Assembly (NCBI RefSeq): GCF_018977255.1
Contig: NW_024704743.1
Coordinates: 114,206,001 to 114,270,000, forward strand
DNA length: 64,000 bases
From: Callorhinchus milii
Taxonomy: Eukaryota
Direction: 5' to 3'
The position numbers and the translations under genes are program-made. The notes under the pieces were generated by a model. The model was not told where the DNA came from, did not search any database, and saw nothing but the letters and a program-made list of their open reading frames with translations. Below are positions 61,959 through 64,000 of this stretch, in pieces (positions within the stretch are counted from its first letter, which is position 1; each line of letters opens with the position of its first letter).

Positions 61959-62843
61959 CAGTTAGTAATGTGATCATCTGATCATTGTCTCCCAATCTTG
62001 AATCTCCCCCCTATCATTCAGTCACCTCCATCCAGTCACCCCCCATCCAGAGTTCATGAAGTTACCCTCCTATCTAGAGCTACCCATCCAATCACCCAAT
62101 TCAGCTCCCCCCACCCATCTAGTCACCTCTTCCTCGTCTAGAGTCACAGAAAAGGTGGCATAATAGGAGAGAGCGAGAGGAGAGGGAACACATTGCTCAA
62201 CAATTGAAACCCCATTTTTAAGAAACAGAATCCCGGGCAAGAAGGTATAAATTGCGGTAATTTGATTCAGGGTTTCTTTTATTTTTAAAAATCCAGTTGA
62301 TCTGGACGTTATGGGTGGAAGATGGTCAGGCGGAGGGAGCTGTGGGAAACCCTCTAATCCATGGCCCAGAATTCATCACTAATTGGGAATCTCACTCAGA
62401 GATGACTGGTGAGGGGCGGAGACAGTCAGTCACCCGGGCACAGTCAGGAGTAGAACTCTAATCTCCTGAAGTTTGTGCTAAAATCACATTTGCTCTGGGG
62501 GCGGGGGTGCGAGAGAGGAGATCCTGTATTATAGCTGACCTGCCTCTGACCCTGCCTGGACAACCCAAGTGGGAAAGTGCTGCATGATGAAAAGCCTCAT
62601 GACTACTGAATAAAAAGTTTCCCACAAACATTTGAAAATTAAACTTCAAACCATCTGCCTGGATCTGATCCTCTTGCCTTTGAATCAATCAACTGTCTTC
62701 ACAAGAGACGTAGGTGGTAAGAAGGCACAGACTTTTTTTAACCCTCCTCTGCAATTTTTTTTGCTGTCACACCAGCTCTGTGAGTATTTATTAGTGGACA
62801 GAATTGAACTTCACTTGCATGTGTCTGTCTTTCCATTGACTTT

Positions 62844-62952
62844 AATTTCCACGTTTAGATGGGATGCATGGAATTCCTGGTTTGATTTGGGATACTCTTA
62901 ACCATGGTGATGGGTTTCCGCATGTGTCAGATACCCGACTGACCAAAAAAAA
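62844..62952 (+). repeat. Unclassified old interspersed repeat, copy 3 (3' end only)
   Basis: catggtgatgggtttccgcatgtgtcagatacccgactgaccaaaaaaaa matches 7432-7477. Confidence 0.78.
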
Positions 62953-63004
62953 CATATTGACTGAAGCATCACTTTAGTGAGTGGCTAAGGCAGCACAAGG
63001 ACAT

Positions 63005-63035
<31 letters not shown>

Positions 63036-64000
63036 CAAGCCCACAAGGCAAAGAATTGGCTTCCGGTCAATTGGACTGCAATCATCCTGTTACTTGTCAA
63101 TTTCACACATGTCATCCGCGTGCATTCAAAGCCGGTGGCCCGCATTTCCCAGTCACTGTGCTAAGCCCTCCCTTTCCCCTTCTCCAACTGCTCCAAGTGC
63201 CTGACCTCTGCTGTCCTGTTTTGTCAAAGCCCAAACACTGCCCATAGAAAACTAATGTAGCAGAGAAAACGGCAGTGTGCAGTTTCGCTACCCGATGAGC
63301 TATTATCTCACTAACTGTGTTAGTGAGACGCATCGCATAGCACATCACATCTAAATATGTGCCACAGCAACTGCTTTCTTTGGGAGGGGGAAGGGGGGCT
63401 GTCTTGAACTTTAATCCAATTTCTTACTGTGAAAAATACATTCACTTAAACCTATTATCAGCCTGGTTATCACTGCTACAGAACTTTCAGCTAGACTGTG
63501 TGCAATCTTGCACATATTTTCCTGTTTTCTTTCTTTTGTCTTTTTTTCCCCCCCATTAAGGACTGCTGAAGCCTCATACATACAACGCAGCCCCCACCCA
63601 CCCCCACTGAAGTTCCCTGAAGATTTTCCACTCCAGCCACCCGAACGCTATTTTCACTCCAGCTCCTTTCTAAATCTCTTCCCGGAAAAAAGAACAATGT
63701 CTTTGCTCAAGCCGCGGCCTTGGGATAAATTAATTTCCAGGGCTGGTGGAAACATTTTATTTTCTAGTGATTTCAAGGTCTATGTGTCCCTTGCTGCTTC
63801 CACTTCTACAAAATAATACAAGGCAGCAACATAAAGCCCCAAGAGGTAACCAATTACAATAACTATTTTTTTATACACGCCCCCCCCCAACCCTGGACCA
63901 CATTGAAATTCTTCAGGGACTTTCTATATTTATGTCTTTATGAACTCAGATGGTATTTTTGCATGTTCCGCTACACGTTTGCATGGGGTTCCAGAGTCAG

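Overview
Vertebrate genomic DNA. The SINE/LINE content points to a cartilaginous fish, possibly a holocephalan; this is an inference. Only one protein-coding exon is well supported: the first coding exon of an extracellular heparan-sulfate 6-O-endosulfatase on the minus strand (CDS 5339->5177). It is most likely SULF1, and the rest of the CDS lies left of the window. Most of the remainder looks like that gene's long 5'-UTR introns and upstream region, with weakly predicted non-coding exons and a candidate promoter near 56.0-57.1 kb. The window is dense in retroposons: an older tRNA/Deu-domain SINE (family B, SacSINE1-like), a younger tRNA-Ala-headed SINE (family A), 5'-truncated L2 and CR1 LINE pieces, an unclassified old A-tailed repeat and one Tc1/mariner/pogo-type MITE. 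Nearly all ORFs in the supplied track are chance or repeat-derived. Main observations: covarying base pairs in the 3' hairpin shared by L2 and both SINEs; a chimeric SINE with long and short subfamilies; an apparently identical 799-bp duplication with a deleted middle copy and three microhomology junctions; a fold-back palindrome and an internal inversion inside SINE copies; and a hypothetical spliced 62-codon uORF ending 4 nt before the SULF start codon. I found no convincing new multi-gene system. Boundaries of old repeats are approximate (tens of bp), and family names come from recalled consensus similarity, not a database search.
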